The notes: a model not told the origin generated them from the letters alone. A stretch of DNA of 32,000 nt from Mycolicibacterium smegmatis (GCF_001457595.1 NZ_LN831039.1:5970001-6002000); one strand, 5' to 3'. Counted from the first letter of the stretch, positions 9,885 through 18,101 are shown. Made by a program: numbers and translations.

Positions 9885-11006
9885 TCAGGCGTCGCGGACC
9901 GTGTCGAGCCGGTTGGTGGCCTTCTCGAAGCCCTCGACCAGTTCGGCGATGATGTCGGCCACGGGACGGATCTGGTTCATGCGCCCCACGATCTGGCCCA
10001 CCGGCATGGCCACGGTGTCGGGGTTGTCCGACCCGTTCATGCGCTGGTGTGCCTCGCTGACCAGGATGTTCTGCAGCGGCATGGGCAGCGGCTCGGGCGC
10101 GTCGGGCGCATCCCAGGCATCGGTCCACTTGGTCTTGAGCAGGCGCGCAGGCTTGCCGGTGTAGATCTTGCGGCGCACGGTGTCGGCCGTGCCCGCGCGC
10201 AGCAGCGCCTCCTGGATCGTCGAGACGCCACTGGGCTTGCGATGCCCGAGGTCGTATTCGGCCGAGGTCAAGAACGCCGATCCCATCCAGACGCCGGACG
10301 CGCCGAGGGCGAGCGCCGCCGCGACCTGGCGACCCGTGCCGATGCCGCCCGCGGCCAGCACAGGGGCCTTACCGTCCAGTGCGTCAACAATTTCCGGCCA
10401 GAGCACCATGGAGCCGATCTCGCCGGTGTGCCCACCGGCCTCGTGGCCCTGTGCGACGACGATGTCGACGCCGTTCTCGACGTGGCGCAGCGCGTGCTTG
10501 GCGCTGCCGGCCAGCGCGGCGACCGGGACACCCGCGGCGTGCGCCTGGTCGATGACGTCCTTGGGCGGTGAGCCCAGCGCGTTGGCGATCAGCTTGATCG
10601 GGTGCTTGAGCGCGACCTCGACGTGGCTGCGGGCCACCGAGTGCAGCCAGCCCAGCACGCCCTCGTTGCGCTCGCCGTCCTCGGGCAGCGGCGGAACACC
10701 CAGATCGGCAAGGGTTTTCGCGACGAAGTCGCGGTGCCCCTGCGGGATCAGCTTGTTGATGTCGACGGCCGTGCCCTCGGTGGGCACCTTGGCCGGCATC
10801 ACGACGTCGACGCCGTACGGCTTGCCGTCGGTGTTGGCGTCCATCCACTGCAGGACGTCCTCGAGGTCGTCGGCGTCGTTGAACCGCACGCAGCCCAGCA
10901 CACCGAGACCGCCGGCCTTGCTCACCGCGGCGGCGACCTTCTCCGACGGGGTGAAGACGAAGATCGGGTACTCGATCCCGAACCGTTCACAGAGTTCAGT
11001 TTTCAT
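9885..11006 (-). CDS. Nitronate monooxygenase / 2-nitropropane dioxygenase-like FMN enzyme
   Basis: MKTELCERFGIEYPIFVFTPSEKVAAAVSKAGGLGVLGCVRF...DIVVAQGHEAGGHTG...VLAAGGIGTGRQVAAALALGASGVWMGSAFL. Confidence 0.88.
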   Translation of the reverse strand: MKTELCERFGIEYPIFVFTPSEKVAAAVSKAGGLGVLGCVRFNDADDLEDVLQWMDANTDGKPYGVDVVMPAKVPTEGTAVDINKLIPQGHRDFVAKTLADLGVPPLPEDGERNEGVLGWLHSVARSHVEVALKHPIKLIANALGSPPKDVIDQAHAAGVPVAALAGSAKHALRHVENGVDIVVAQGHEAGGHTGEIGSMVLWPEIVDALDGKAPVLAAGGIGTGRQVAAALALGASGVWMGSAFLTSAEYDLGHRKPSGVSTIQEALLRAGTADTVRRKIYTGKPARLLKTKWTDAWDAPDAPEPLPMPLQNILVSEAHQRMNGSDNPDTVAMPVGQIVGRMNQIRPVADIIAELVEGFEKATNRLDTVRDA

Positions 11007-11016
11007 TCTTCATCCC

Positions 11017-12672
11017 TCACTTGGCATTCGCGGCGACATGATTGGCGTGCACCTCGTCGGCCGGGCGTTCCTCGGTGACGTCCTTGGCCCACCGGTAGTC
11101 GGGCTTGCCCGCCGGGGACCGCTTGATCTCGTCGACCAGCCAGAGGCTGCGCGGCACTTTGTATCCCGCGATCTCGGTGCGCACGTGGGCGTCGAGTTCG
11201 GCCAGCGTCGGCCGGGTCCCCTCACGCGGATGGACGACGGCGGCGACGTGCTGACCGAAACGTGGATCGGGCACACCGACGACGAGCGCGTCGAACACGT
11301 CGGGATGGCCCTTGAGCGCGGCCTCGACCTCTTCGGGATAGATCTTCTCGCCGCCGGAGTTGATGGACACCGACCCGCGGCCCAGCATGGTCACCGAGCC
11401 GTCGGCCTCGACCTCGGCGTAGTCACCCGGGATCGCGTACCGCACACCGTTGATCGTCTTGAACGTCTCGGCCGTCTTCTTCTCGTCCTTGTAGTAGCAC
11501 AGCGGGATGTGGCCGCGTTTGGCGATCACCCCGCGCACCCCCGAGCCGGGCTTGACCTCGTTGCCGTCGTCGTCGAGCACCACGGTGTTCTTGTCGATGG
11601 TCACGCGCGGACCGCCGGTGTGCGACTGGCCTTTCGCGACGATGCTGGTGCCGCCGAAACCGGTCTCCGACGAGCCGATCGAATCGGTGATGACGCGGTT
11701 GGGCAGCAGTTCGAGGAACTTCTCCTTGAGGCTCGTCGAGAACAGCGCCGCGGTGCTGGCCAACAGGAACAGGCTCGACAGGTCGTATTCCTTGCCCGCA
11801 TCCTTGGCGGCGAGCAGCGAGTCCAGCAGCGGCCGCGCCATCGCGTCGCCGGTGAAGAACAACAGGTTGACCTTGTGGTCGTGGATGGCCTGCCACACCT
11901 CGTCGGGGCTGAATTCCGGTGTGAGAAGCACGGTTCCGCCCGCGAACAGGGCCATCCACGTCGCCGACTGCGTCGCCCCGTGGATCATCGGCGGGATCGG
12001 GTAGCGCACCATCGGCGGGTTCGCGGCGGCCTGCTTGGCCAGCCCGTACTCGTCCTCGATGGGCTCGCCCGTGGCGAAGTCGGTGCCGCCGAACAAAACG
12101 CGGTAGATGTCCTCGTGGCGCCACATCACGCCCTTGGGGAAACCGGTCGTGCCGCCCGTGTAGAGCAGGTAGATGTCGTCCTCGCTGCGCGGGCCGAAGT
12201 CGCGCTCAGGCGAACTCTTCTCGAGTGCCGAGTAGAACTCGACCCCGCCGAACCGCTCGTAGTCGTCGTCGGACCCGTCCTCGACGACCAGGATCGTCTT
12301 GATGTCCGGCGTCTCCGGCAGCACGTTGGCGACACGGTCGGAGTAGCGGCGCTCGTGCACCAGCGCGACCATGTCGGAGTTCTCGAAGAGGTACTTGAGC
12401 TCCCCCTCGACGTAACGGAAGTTGACGTTGACCAGGATCGCGCCCGCCTTGACGATGCCCAGCATCGCGATGACGATCTCGATGCGGTTGCGGCAGTACA
12501 GGCCGACCTTGTCGTCCTTCTTGACGCCCTGGTCGATCAGGTAGTGCGCGAAGCGATTGGCTTTCTCCTCCAACTGCCCGTAGGTCAGCTGTTCGCCGCC
12601 GGAGATCAACGCGACACGGTCAGGCACAGCGTCGATGGCGTGCTCGGCAAGATCCGCAATGTTCAGAGCCAC
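11017..12672 (-). CDS. fadD19: Steroid-CoA ligase (FadD19-like)
   Basis: GTG start at 12672; MALNIADLAEHAIDAVPDRVALISGGEQLTYGQLEEKANRFAHYL...LLYTGGTTGFPKGVMWRHEDI...SPAGKPDYRWAKD; divergent from echA19 as in Rv3515c/Rv3516. Confidence 0.9.
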   Translation of the reverse strand: MALNIADLAEHAIDAVPDRVALISGGEQLTYGQLEEKANRFAHYLIDQGVKKDDKVGLYCRNRIEIVIAMLGIVKAGAILVNVNFRYVEGELKYLFENSDMVALVHERRYSDRVANVLPETPDIKTILVVEDGSDDDYERFGGVEFYSALEKSSPERDFGPRSEDDIYLLYTGGTTGFPKGVMWRHEDIYRVLFGGTDFATGEPIEDEYGLAKQAAANPPMVRYPIPPMIHGATQSATWMALFAGGTVLLTPEFSPDEVWQAIHDHKVNLLFFTGDAMARPLLDSLLAAKDAGKEYDLSSLFLLASTAALFSTSLKEKFLELLPNRVITDSIGSSETGFGGTSIVAKGQSHTGGPRVTIDKNTVVLDDDGNEVKPGSGVRGVIAKRGHIPLCYYKDEKKTAETFKTINGVRYAIPGDYAEVEADGSVTMLGRGSVSINSGGEKIYPEEVEAALKGHPDVFDALVVGVPDPRFGQHVAAVVHPREGTRPTLAELDAHVRTEIAGYKVPRSLWLVDEIKRSPAGKPDYRWAKDVTEERPADEVHANHVAANAK

Positions 12673-12682
12673 GACCCTAAAC

Positions 12683-12696
12683 TAGAACGTGTTACA
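12683..12696. promoter_or_regulatory. KstR operator TAGAACGTGTTACA
   Basis: Same 14-mer as the box at 732-745, between divergent fadD19 and echA19. Confidence 0.88.
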
Positions 12697-12740
12697 TTTC
12701 GAGACAAGTCTGGGGTTACCGAGCATGGAGGCGAATACCC

Positions 12741-13541
12741 GTGAGTGAGACCGGCAAGGGGCCTGACGCCCTCGTTGAGCAGCGCGGACACACCCTCATC
12801 GTCACGTTGAACCGTCCTGAGGCGCGCAACGCTCTCTCGGGCGAGATGCTCTCGATCATGGTCGAAGCATGGGACCGGGTCGACAACGATCCGGAGATCC
12901 GCACCTGCATCCTGACCGGCGCCGGCGGCTACTTCTGCTCGGGCATGGACCTCAAGGGCGCGGACAAGAAGCCGCCGGGTGACTCGTTCAAGGACGGCAG
13001 CTACGACCCGTCGAAGATTCCCGGCCTGCTCAAGGGCCGCCGCCTGACCAAGCCGCTGATCGCCGCGGTCGAGGGTCCCGCCATCGCGGGCGGCACCGAG
13101 ATCCTGCAGGGCACCGACATCCGCGTGGCCGGTGAGAGCGCCAAGTTCGGGATCTCCGAGGCCAAGTGGAGCCTGTACCCGATGGGCGGTTCGGCCGTGC
13201 GCCTGGTGCGCCAGATCCCCTACACCATCGCGTGCGACATGCTGCTCACCGGTCGCCACATCACCGCGGCCGAGGCCAAGGAGTACGGCCTGATCGGGTA
13301 CGTCGTTCCCGACGGCACCGCGCTGGACAAGGCGCTGGAGATCGCCGAGACCATCAACAACAACGGTCCGCTCGCCGTGCAGGCGATCCTCAAGACCATC
13401 CGTGAGACCGAGGGCATGCACGAGGACGAGGCGTTCGGCCCCGACACCCGCAACGGCATCCCGGTGTTCCTGTCCGAGGACGCCAAGGAGGGGCCGCGTG
13501 CGTTCAAGGAGAAGCGCGCACCGAACTTCCAGATGAAGTAG
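12741..13541 (+). CDS. echA19: Enoyl-CoA hydratase (EchA19-like)
   Basis: GTG start; [40 protein letters not shown]...[11 protein letters not shown]...[25 protein letters not shown]. Confidence 0.9.
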
Positions 13542-13550
13542 ACGCGAACG

Positions 13551-13591
13551 CAGTTGAGGCCTGCTCGATTCGAGCAGGCCTCAACTGTTTT
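13551..13591. terminator. Strong intrinsic terminator hairpin
   Basis: Perfect 17-bp inverted repeat CAGTTGAGGCCTGCTCG-att-CGAGCAGGCCTCAACTG (13551-13587) followed by TTTT, 9 bp after the echA19 stop and facing the end of a convergent ORF. Confidence 0.9.
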
Positions 13592-13595
13592 CAGC

Positions 13596-13922
13596 TCAGC
13601 GCCAGTGTCCGGGCGGTCTGGGTGGCGGCGGAGGCCCCCAGAATGGCGGCGGCGGTGGTGGCGGCGGCAACCAGATCGGCGGCGGTGGCGGGGGCCGCCA
13701 GAACGGCGGTGGTGGCGGCGGGGGCGGCGGTGGCCCCCAGAACGGCGGCGGTGGCGGCGGCGGTGGCGGGAACGCCGGCACCGGCCCGAGCACACTCATC
13801 GGTGCCGAGTCGCCCGCCGGTTGGGCACCGGCCAGCGCAGCGGCGCCTGTGGCACCCGCGAAAAGCGCGCCCCCCAACAGAACTCCGCCCAACAGTCGTC
13901 GCCCCGGTAAATGTCGTGCCAT
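13596..13922 (-). CDS. Small predicted exported proline-rich protein
   Basis: MARHLPGRRLLGGVLLGGALFAGATGAAALAGAQPAGDSAPMSVLGPVPAFPPPPPPPPPFWGPPPPPPPPPPFWRPPPPPP...: signal-peptide-like N-terminus followed by PPP/FWGP/FWRP repeats; terminator abuts its 3' end. Confidence 0.55.
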   Translation of the reverse strand: MARHLPGRRLLGGVLLGGALFAGATGAAALAGAQPAGDSAPMSVLGPVPAFPPPPPPPPPFWGPPPPPPPPPPFWRPPPPPPIWLPPPPPPPPFWGPPPPPRPPGHWR

Positions 13923-14063
13923 GACGTACATCCTTCGGTCGTTGCGTATCCCCCCGATTTCTCGAGACTATCTAATTAGTCGGCCTAGGAGGAACCTGTG
14001 AAACCCTATGCACAGCTGACGCTTAAGTTCACACAGCCGGCGCTCATGGGTCCCACCGTTCCC

Positions 14064-14117
14064 GAATGTGAATCCACAGCGAATCTTTCGCCGATTTTTC
14101 GCTGACGTTTCACACTC
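14064..14117. repeat. Imperfect palindrome upstream of the AbiEi/DUF559-like gene (left inverted-repeat copy)
   Basis: GAATGTGAATCCACAGCGAA ... TTCGCTGACGTTTCACACTC hairpin; 14091-14118 is the exact reverse complement of 14993-15020 (28 nt). Confidence 0.85.
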
Positions 14118-14152
14118 GAGGAGTTGTCGGTGCCTTACGGCACACTCCCCAC

Positions 14153-15001
14153 ATGGGGGATCCAGTCATCGGCACCGAAGCCATCGCCGCGGGCATCGCG
14201 ACGCCCTATCAGCTCCGTAGCCGGTACTGGCCGGTGTACCCGGGCATCTACGTACCGAAGGACACCCAACCCACGGCAGCGCTGCGGGCAAAGGCCGCGT
14301 GGTTGTGGTCGGATCGGCGCGCGGTGCTGGCGGGTCGTTCGGCGTCGGCGCTGCACCGTTCGAAGTGGCTCGATCCACGTGCACCCGCCGAACTGATCCA
14401 CGACAACCGCCGTCCACCATGTGGGATAAAGACGTGGCTGGATCGATTCGAGGACGACGAGATCACCGTCGTCGACGGGATGCGCGTGACGACGCCGGCG
14501 CGCACGGCGCTGGACCTGGCCTGCCGGTACCCGCTCGATACCGCCGTGACGCTGATCGACGCGCTCGCCAACGCCACCCGGCTCAAGATGGCCGACGTCG
14601 AACTGCTCGTGGACCGGTATCGGGGCCGGCGAGGCATCAAGAACGCACGCCACGTGCTCGACCTGGTCGATGGCGGCGCCGAGTCACCCCGCGAGACGTG
14701 GCTGCGGTTGGAGGTGATCCGCGGCGGCTTCCCGCGTCCACAGACCCAGATCCCGGTTCACGACGAATACGGGGTGCTGGTCGGGGTTTTCGACATGGGC
14801 TGGGAGGACGCCATGGTCGGCCTCGACTACGAGGGCGACCAGCACCGGACCGACCGGCGACGGTTCAACCGCGACATCCACAAGTCCGAGGACGTCAGAC
14901 GGTTGGGCTGGACCCACATCCGGGTGACCGCTCAGGACGGCGAAGCCGACATCCTCAAGCGCATCGAGGCGGCAGGTGTTCCGCGCGGTCCGCGAGTGTG
15001 A
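14153..15001 (+). CDS. AbiEi-antitoxin-like/DUF559-type (restriction-endonuclease-like fold) protein, Rv3517-like
   Basis: MGDPVIGTEAIAAGIATPYQLRSRYWPVYPGIYVPKDTQPTAALRAKAAWLWSDRRAVLAGRSASALH...VTTPARTALDLACRY...ESPRETWLRLEVIRGGFPRPQTQIPVHDEYGVLVGVFDMGWEDAMVGLDYEGDQHRTDRRRFNRDIHKSEDVRRLGWTHIRVT; N-terminal helix-turn-helix/AbiEi-like layout and C-terminal D..YEG.QH nuclease-like motif. Position between echA19 and cyp142 matches Rv3517. Confidence 0.7.
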   Translation: MGDPVIGTEAIAAGIATPYQLRSRYWPVYPGIYVPKDTQPTAALRAKAAWLWSDRRAVLAGRSASALHRSKWLDPRAPAELIHDNRRPPCGIKTWLDRFEDDEITVVDGMRVTTPARTALDLACRYPLDTAVTLIDALANATRLKMADVELLVDRYRGRRGIKNARHVLDLVDGGAESPRETWLRLEVIRGGFPRPQTQIPVHDEYGVLVGVFDMGWEDAMVGLDYEGDQHRTDRRRFNRDIHKSEDVRRLGWTHIRVTAQDGEADILKRIEAAGVPRGPRV

Positions 15002-15050
15002 AACGTCAGCGAAAAATCGGGCGAGAATTCGCTGAGGTTTCACACTCGCG
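14991..15050. repeat. Near-perfect 23-bp inverted repeat (right copy) overlapping the gene's stop codon
   Basis: CGCGAGTGTGAAACGTCAGCGAA (14991-15013) versus TTCGCTGAGGTTTCACACTCGCG (15028-15050), 22/23 complementary, 14-nt loop. Confidence 0.93.
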
Positions 15051-15072
15051 GGCCTGAGACCAGCGGCGAGAC

Positions 15073-16278
15073 CTACGCCAGCACAGGCGCACTCGGTGTG
15101 AACACCACGGGCATCGACTCTGGTCCGCTGACGAAGTTGGCGGGCCGCAACGGCACCGGGGCGTCGTCGGCGAGACGCAGGTCGGGCAGTCTGCGGAGCA
15201 CACGCTCGGTCATGAGCCTGAGCTCGAGGCGCGCCAGCTGATTGCCCAGGCAGAAGTGGGTGCCGAAGCCGAAGGCCACGTGGCTGTTGGGATTTCGGTC
15301 GATGCGGAAGTTGTCCGGATCGCCGAAGACGGACTCGTCGAAGTTGGCCGACTCGAACATCAGCATGATCTTCTCGCCCGCACGCAGCTCGGTGCCGTGG
15401 AACACCGTGTCGGCGGTCAGGGTCCGGCACATGTTCTTCACCGGTGAGGTCCACCGCAGCATCTCCTCGATCGCCCCGGGCAGCAGATCGACGTCGGCGA
15501 CCAGCGCATCCCACTGATCCCGGTGGCGCAGAAGCTGTTCGGTGCCGCCCGACAGCGTGTGCCGGGTGGTCTCGTCGCCGCCGATGAGGATCAGCAGCGT
15601 CTCGAAGACGATCTCGTCGTCACTCATGCGCTGACCCTCGACCTCGGAGTTGACCAGCACCGAGAAGAGGTCGTCGGTGGGCTCGGCGCGGCGCTTGGTG
15701 ATGACGTCCTTGGTGAACTCGGTGTACGCCGCGAAGGTGTCCATGAGTTTCTGGATCGCCGCTTCGTCGACGTGCGACGAGAGCCCGCACACCAGGTCGT
15801 CGGACCACTTCAGCAGCATGTCCCGCTCGGTGGGCAGCACCCCGAGCATGTCGCCGATCACCGCCATGGGCAGCGGTGCGGCGATGTCGCGCACGAAGTC
15901 GCACTCGCCGCGTTCGCACACCGCGTCGATCAGGGTGTCGCACAACCGGCCGATGGAATCCACCTTGTCCATGACGCGCTTGCGGGTGAAGCCGGCGTTG
16001 ACGAGCTTGCGCCGCAACAGATGTTGCGGGTCGTCCATGTCGATCATGTAGGGCATGCCCGGCTGATCGGGCCGGATGCCGCCGGTCGACGAGAACAGTT
16101 CGGGGTTGCGTTCGGCGTCGAGCACGGCCTGATACGTCGTCGCGGCCGCGAGCCCGTTGCGGTCACGGAACACCGGTTCGTTGGCCCGCATCCAGCGGTA
16201 GGCCTCGCGCGCCCCGCCGTCGGCGTAGAACATGCCGTTGGCCAGGTCCACGTCGGGCCTGGTGAGCATCTGCGTCAT
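15073..16278 (-). CDS. cyp142: Cytochrome P450, CYP142 family (cholesterol/cholestenone 27-hydroxylase-like)
   Basis: MTQMLTRPDVDLANGMFYADGGAREAYRWMRANEPVFRDRNG...LLIGGDETTRHTLSGG...FGFGTHFCLGNQLARLELRLMTERVLRRLP: I-helix and heme-Cys motifs; syntenic with Rv3518c. Confidence 0.88.
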   Translation of the reverse strand: MTQMLTRPDVDLANGMFYADGGAREAYRWMRANEPVFRDRNGLAAATTYQAVLDAERNPELFSSTGGIRPDQPGMPYMIDMDDPQHLLRRKLVNAGFTRKRVMDKVDSIGRLCDTLIDAVCERGECDFVRDIAAPLPMAVIGDMLGVLPTERDMLLKWSDDLVCGLSSHVDEAAIQKLMDTFAAYTEFTKDVITKRRAEPTDDLFSVLVNSEVEGQRMSDDEIVFETLLILIGGDETTRHTLSGGTEQLLRHRDQWDALVADVDLLPGAIEEMLRWTSPVKNMCRTLTADTVFHGTELRAGEKIMLMFESANFDESVFGDPDNFRIDRNPNSHVAFGFGTHFCLGNQLARLELRLMTERVLRRLPDLRLADDAPVPLRPANFVSGPESMPVVFTPSAPVLA

Positions 16279-16991
16279 GAGATCACCTCAGCCTCACCGA
16301 AAGTCATCTGCACGTTGGCCGCCGAACTCGACACGAGCGCCCGCTTCGGCAGCCCCAGCGATGCCAGTTCGGCCGCGTAGGGGTGATCGCCGAGCCGCAG
16401 GCGCACGCCCCCGAACCGGTAGCGCACGCCCGACAAACGCATCTGGCCTTCGGTCCGGCGCGTGACGCCGTCGAGGTGCGAGTAGGTGGGATGCACCTGC
16501 GGACGCGACGTGAACACCGGCGGAACCGGGATGCCCGGCCGGAACTCCATGCCGACGGCGAACTTTCCGCCGATGCTGACGTCGAACCCGAACTGCCTGG
16601 CCTCACGAACGGTGAAGTCCGCCATGACCTTCGGGTAGCCCCAGATCGTGCGGCCGGCCTCCAGCGTGAAGGACTGGTCTACCGGCAGGTGGTGGATGTA
16701 CGCGCCCGCCGACTGCAGTGCGCGAAGGCCGGTCGCGGTCGACCCCGGCGGGTTCACCATGACGTTGGTGCCGTACTCGAGGTACTCGCCGAGATCGCCG
16801 TCGACGTAGCGCATCAGCATGAGGATGACCATCGCGCGCCCCGGCCGGTAGCGGCACACCTGCAATCCGCTGTGGTCGATCATGCGCTGGGCGGCGTCGG
16901 CATCCACCGAGAACATCGCCATGTGCTGGTCTGCGGTGCGGATACGCACCGGCATGGTCACCGTGTTGCCGGCGATGGTGTGCTGCGTCAC
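16275..16991 (-). CDS. Acetoacetate-decarboxylase-like protein (Rv3519-like)
   Basis: MTQHTIAGNTVTMPVRIRTADQHMAMFSVDADAAQRMIDHSGLQVCRYRPGRAMVILMLMRYVDGDLGEYLEYGTNVMV...GYPKVMADFTVREA; 4-bp overlap with cyp142. Confidence 0.75.
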   Translation of the reverse strand: MTQHTIAGNTVTMPVRIRTADQHMAMFSVDADAAQRMIDHSGLQVCRYRPGRAMVILMLMRYVDGDLGEYLEYGTNVMVNPPGSTATGLRALQSAGAYIHHLPVDQSFTLEAGRTIWGYPKVMADFTVREARQFGFDVSIGGKFAVGMEFRPGIPVPPVFTSRPQVHPTYSHLDGVTRRTEGQMRLSGVRYRFGGVRLRLGDHPYAAELASLGLPKRALVSSSAANVQMTFGEAEVIS

Positions 16992-17001
16992 ATGCCAAAT
17001 C

Positions 17002-17015
17002 TAGAACGCGTTCTA
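17002..17015. promoter_or_regulatory. KstR operator TAGAACGCGTTCTA (perfect palindrome)
   Basis: Exact TNNAACNNGTTNNA match 10 bp upstream of the 16991 start codon. Confidence 0.88.
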
Positions 17016-17037
17016 GACACTTTGCAAGAAGTGTCTA
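17014..17037 (-). terminator. Possible hairpin terminator after the LLM oxidoreductase gene
   Basis: TAGACACTT-tgcaag-AAGTGTCTA, 9-bp perfect arms, overlapping the 17035 stop codon and abutting the KstR box. Confidence 0.45.
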
Positions 17038-18066
17038 CAACAGCGCGGCGAGTTCGCGGATGTGCTCGGGGCTGCGGCCCGAGACCACCATGGTGGTGAC
17101 CCCCGCGGCCTCCCACACCTTGATCTGTTCGCGCACGTAGGACACGTCGCCGACGATCGCGGCGTCGTCGACCACCTCGTCGGGGATCACCTTGGCGGCC
17201 TCGTCCTTGCGGCCCGAGCGGAACAGCTTCGTCACCTCGTCGACCACGTCGCCGTAACCCATGCGGCGGTAGACGTCGGCGTGGAAGTTGGTGTCCTCGG
17301 CGCCCATGCCGCCCATGTACAGCGCGAGGTAGGGCTTCATCGCCGCGAACGCCGCGGCCCGGTCCTCGGTGATGACGATGTTGGCGGTCGCGCAGATCTC
17401 GAACGTCTCGCGCGTGCGACACGCGCCGGGCCGCGCGAAGCCCTCGTCGAGCCACGCGTTGTAGGTGTCGGCCATGCGCGGCGTGTAGAAGATCGGCAGC
17501 CAGCCGTCGCAGATCTCGGCGGCCAGCGCGACGTTCTTGGGGCCCTCGGCCCCGAGCATGATCGGGATGTCCGCGCGCAGCGGATGCGTGATGGGCTTGA
17601 GCGGCTTGCCCAGTCCGGTCGTGCCCTCGCCGGTCAGCGGCAACGGATAGTGCGGACCATCGCTGGTCACCGGGGCCTCGCGGGCCCACACCTGCCGGAT
17701 AATGTCGATGTACTCGCGCGTGCGGGCCAGTGGCTTGGGGAACTTCTGCCCGTACCAGCCCTCGACCACCTGCGGCCCGGACACGCCCAGGCCCAGGATG
17801 TGGCGGCCGCCCGAGAGGTGGTCGAGCGTCAGCGACGCCATGGCACACGCCGTGGGAGTGCGCGCGGACATCTGCACCACCGACGTGCCCAGCCGCAGAC
17901 TCTTGGTCTCGCGTCCCCACCAGGCCAGCGGCGTGAATGCATCCGAGCCCCATGCCTCTGCGGTGAACACGGTGTCGAAACCGGCCTCCTCGGCCGCGGC
18001 CACCAACTCCGCATGGTTGCTCGGCGGCTGCGCTGCCCAATATCCGAGTTGCAAACCCAACTTCAT
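17035..18066 (-). CDS. LLM-class, probably F420-dependent oxidoreductase (Rv3520c-like)
   Basis: ATG at 18066: MKLGLQLGYWAAQPPSNHAELVAAAEEAGFDTVFTAEAWGSDAFTPLAWWGRETKSLRLGTSVVQMSARTPTACAMASLTLDHLSGGRHILGLGVSGPQVVEGWYG. Confidence 0.85.
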   Translation of the reverse strand: MKLGLQLGYWAAQPPSNHAELVAAAEEAGFDTVFTAEAWGSDAFTPLAWWGRETKSLRLGTSVVQMSARTPTACAMASLTLDHLSGGRHILGLGVSGPQVVEGWYGQKFPKPLARTREYIDIIRQVWAREAPVTSDGPHYPLPLTGEGTTGLGKPLKPITHPLRADIPIMLGAEGPKNVALAAEICDGWLPIFYTPRMADTYNAWLDEGFARPGACRTRETFEICATANIVITEDRAAAFAAMKPYLALYMGGMGAEDTNFHADVYRRMGYGDVVDEVTKLFRSGRKDEAAKVIPDEVVDDAAIVGDVSYVREQIKVWEAAGVTTMVVSGRSPEHIRELAALL

Positions 18067-18101
18067 TCCGGCCGCCCTCCCTGGCTTCTTGCCACGATTC
18101 T

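Noticed and set aside
10168-12744. 858-aa plus-strand ORF opposite the nitronate monooxygenase and fadD19
   Set aside because: Antisense shadow ORF typical of high GC3 DNA; the translation is low-complexity and shows no domain motifs, while the minus-strand frames have clear enzyme motifs.
13620-13800. Plus-strand Ala/Arg-rich ORF (13554-13910) with an apparent repeat domain
   Set aside because: It is the antisense reading of polyproline codons in the signal-peptide-bearing minus-strand ORF and overlaps the terminator.
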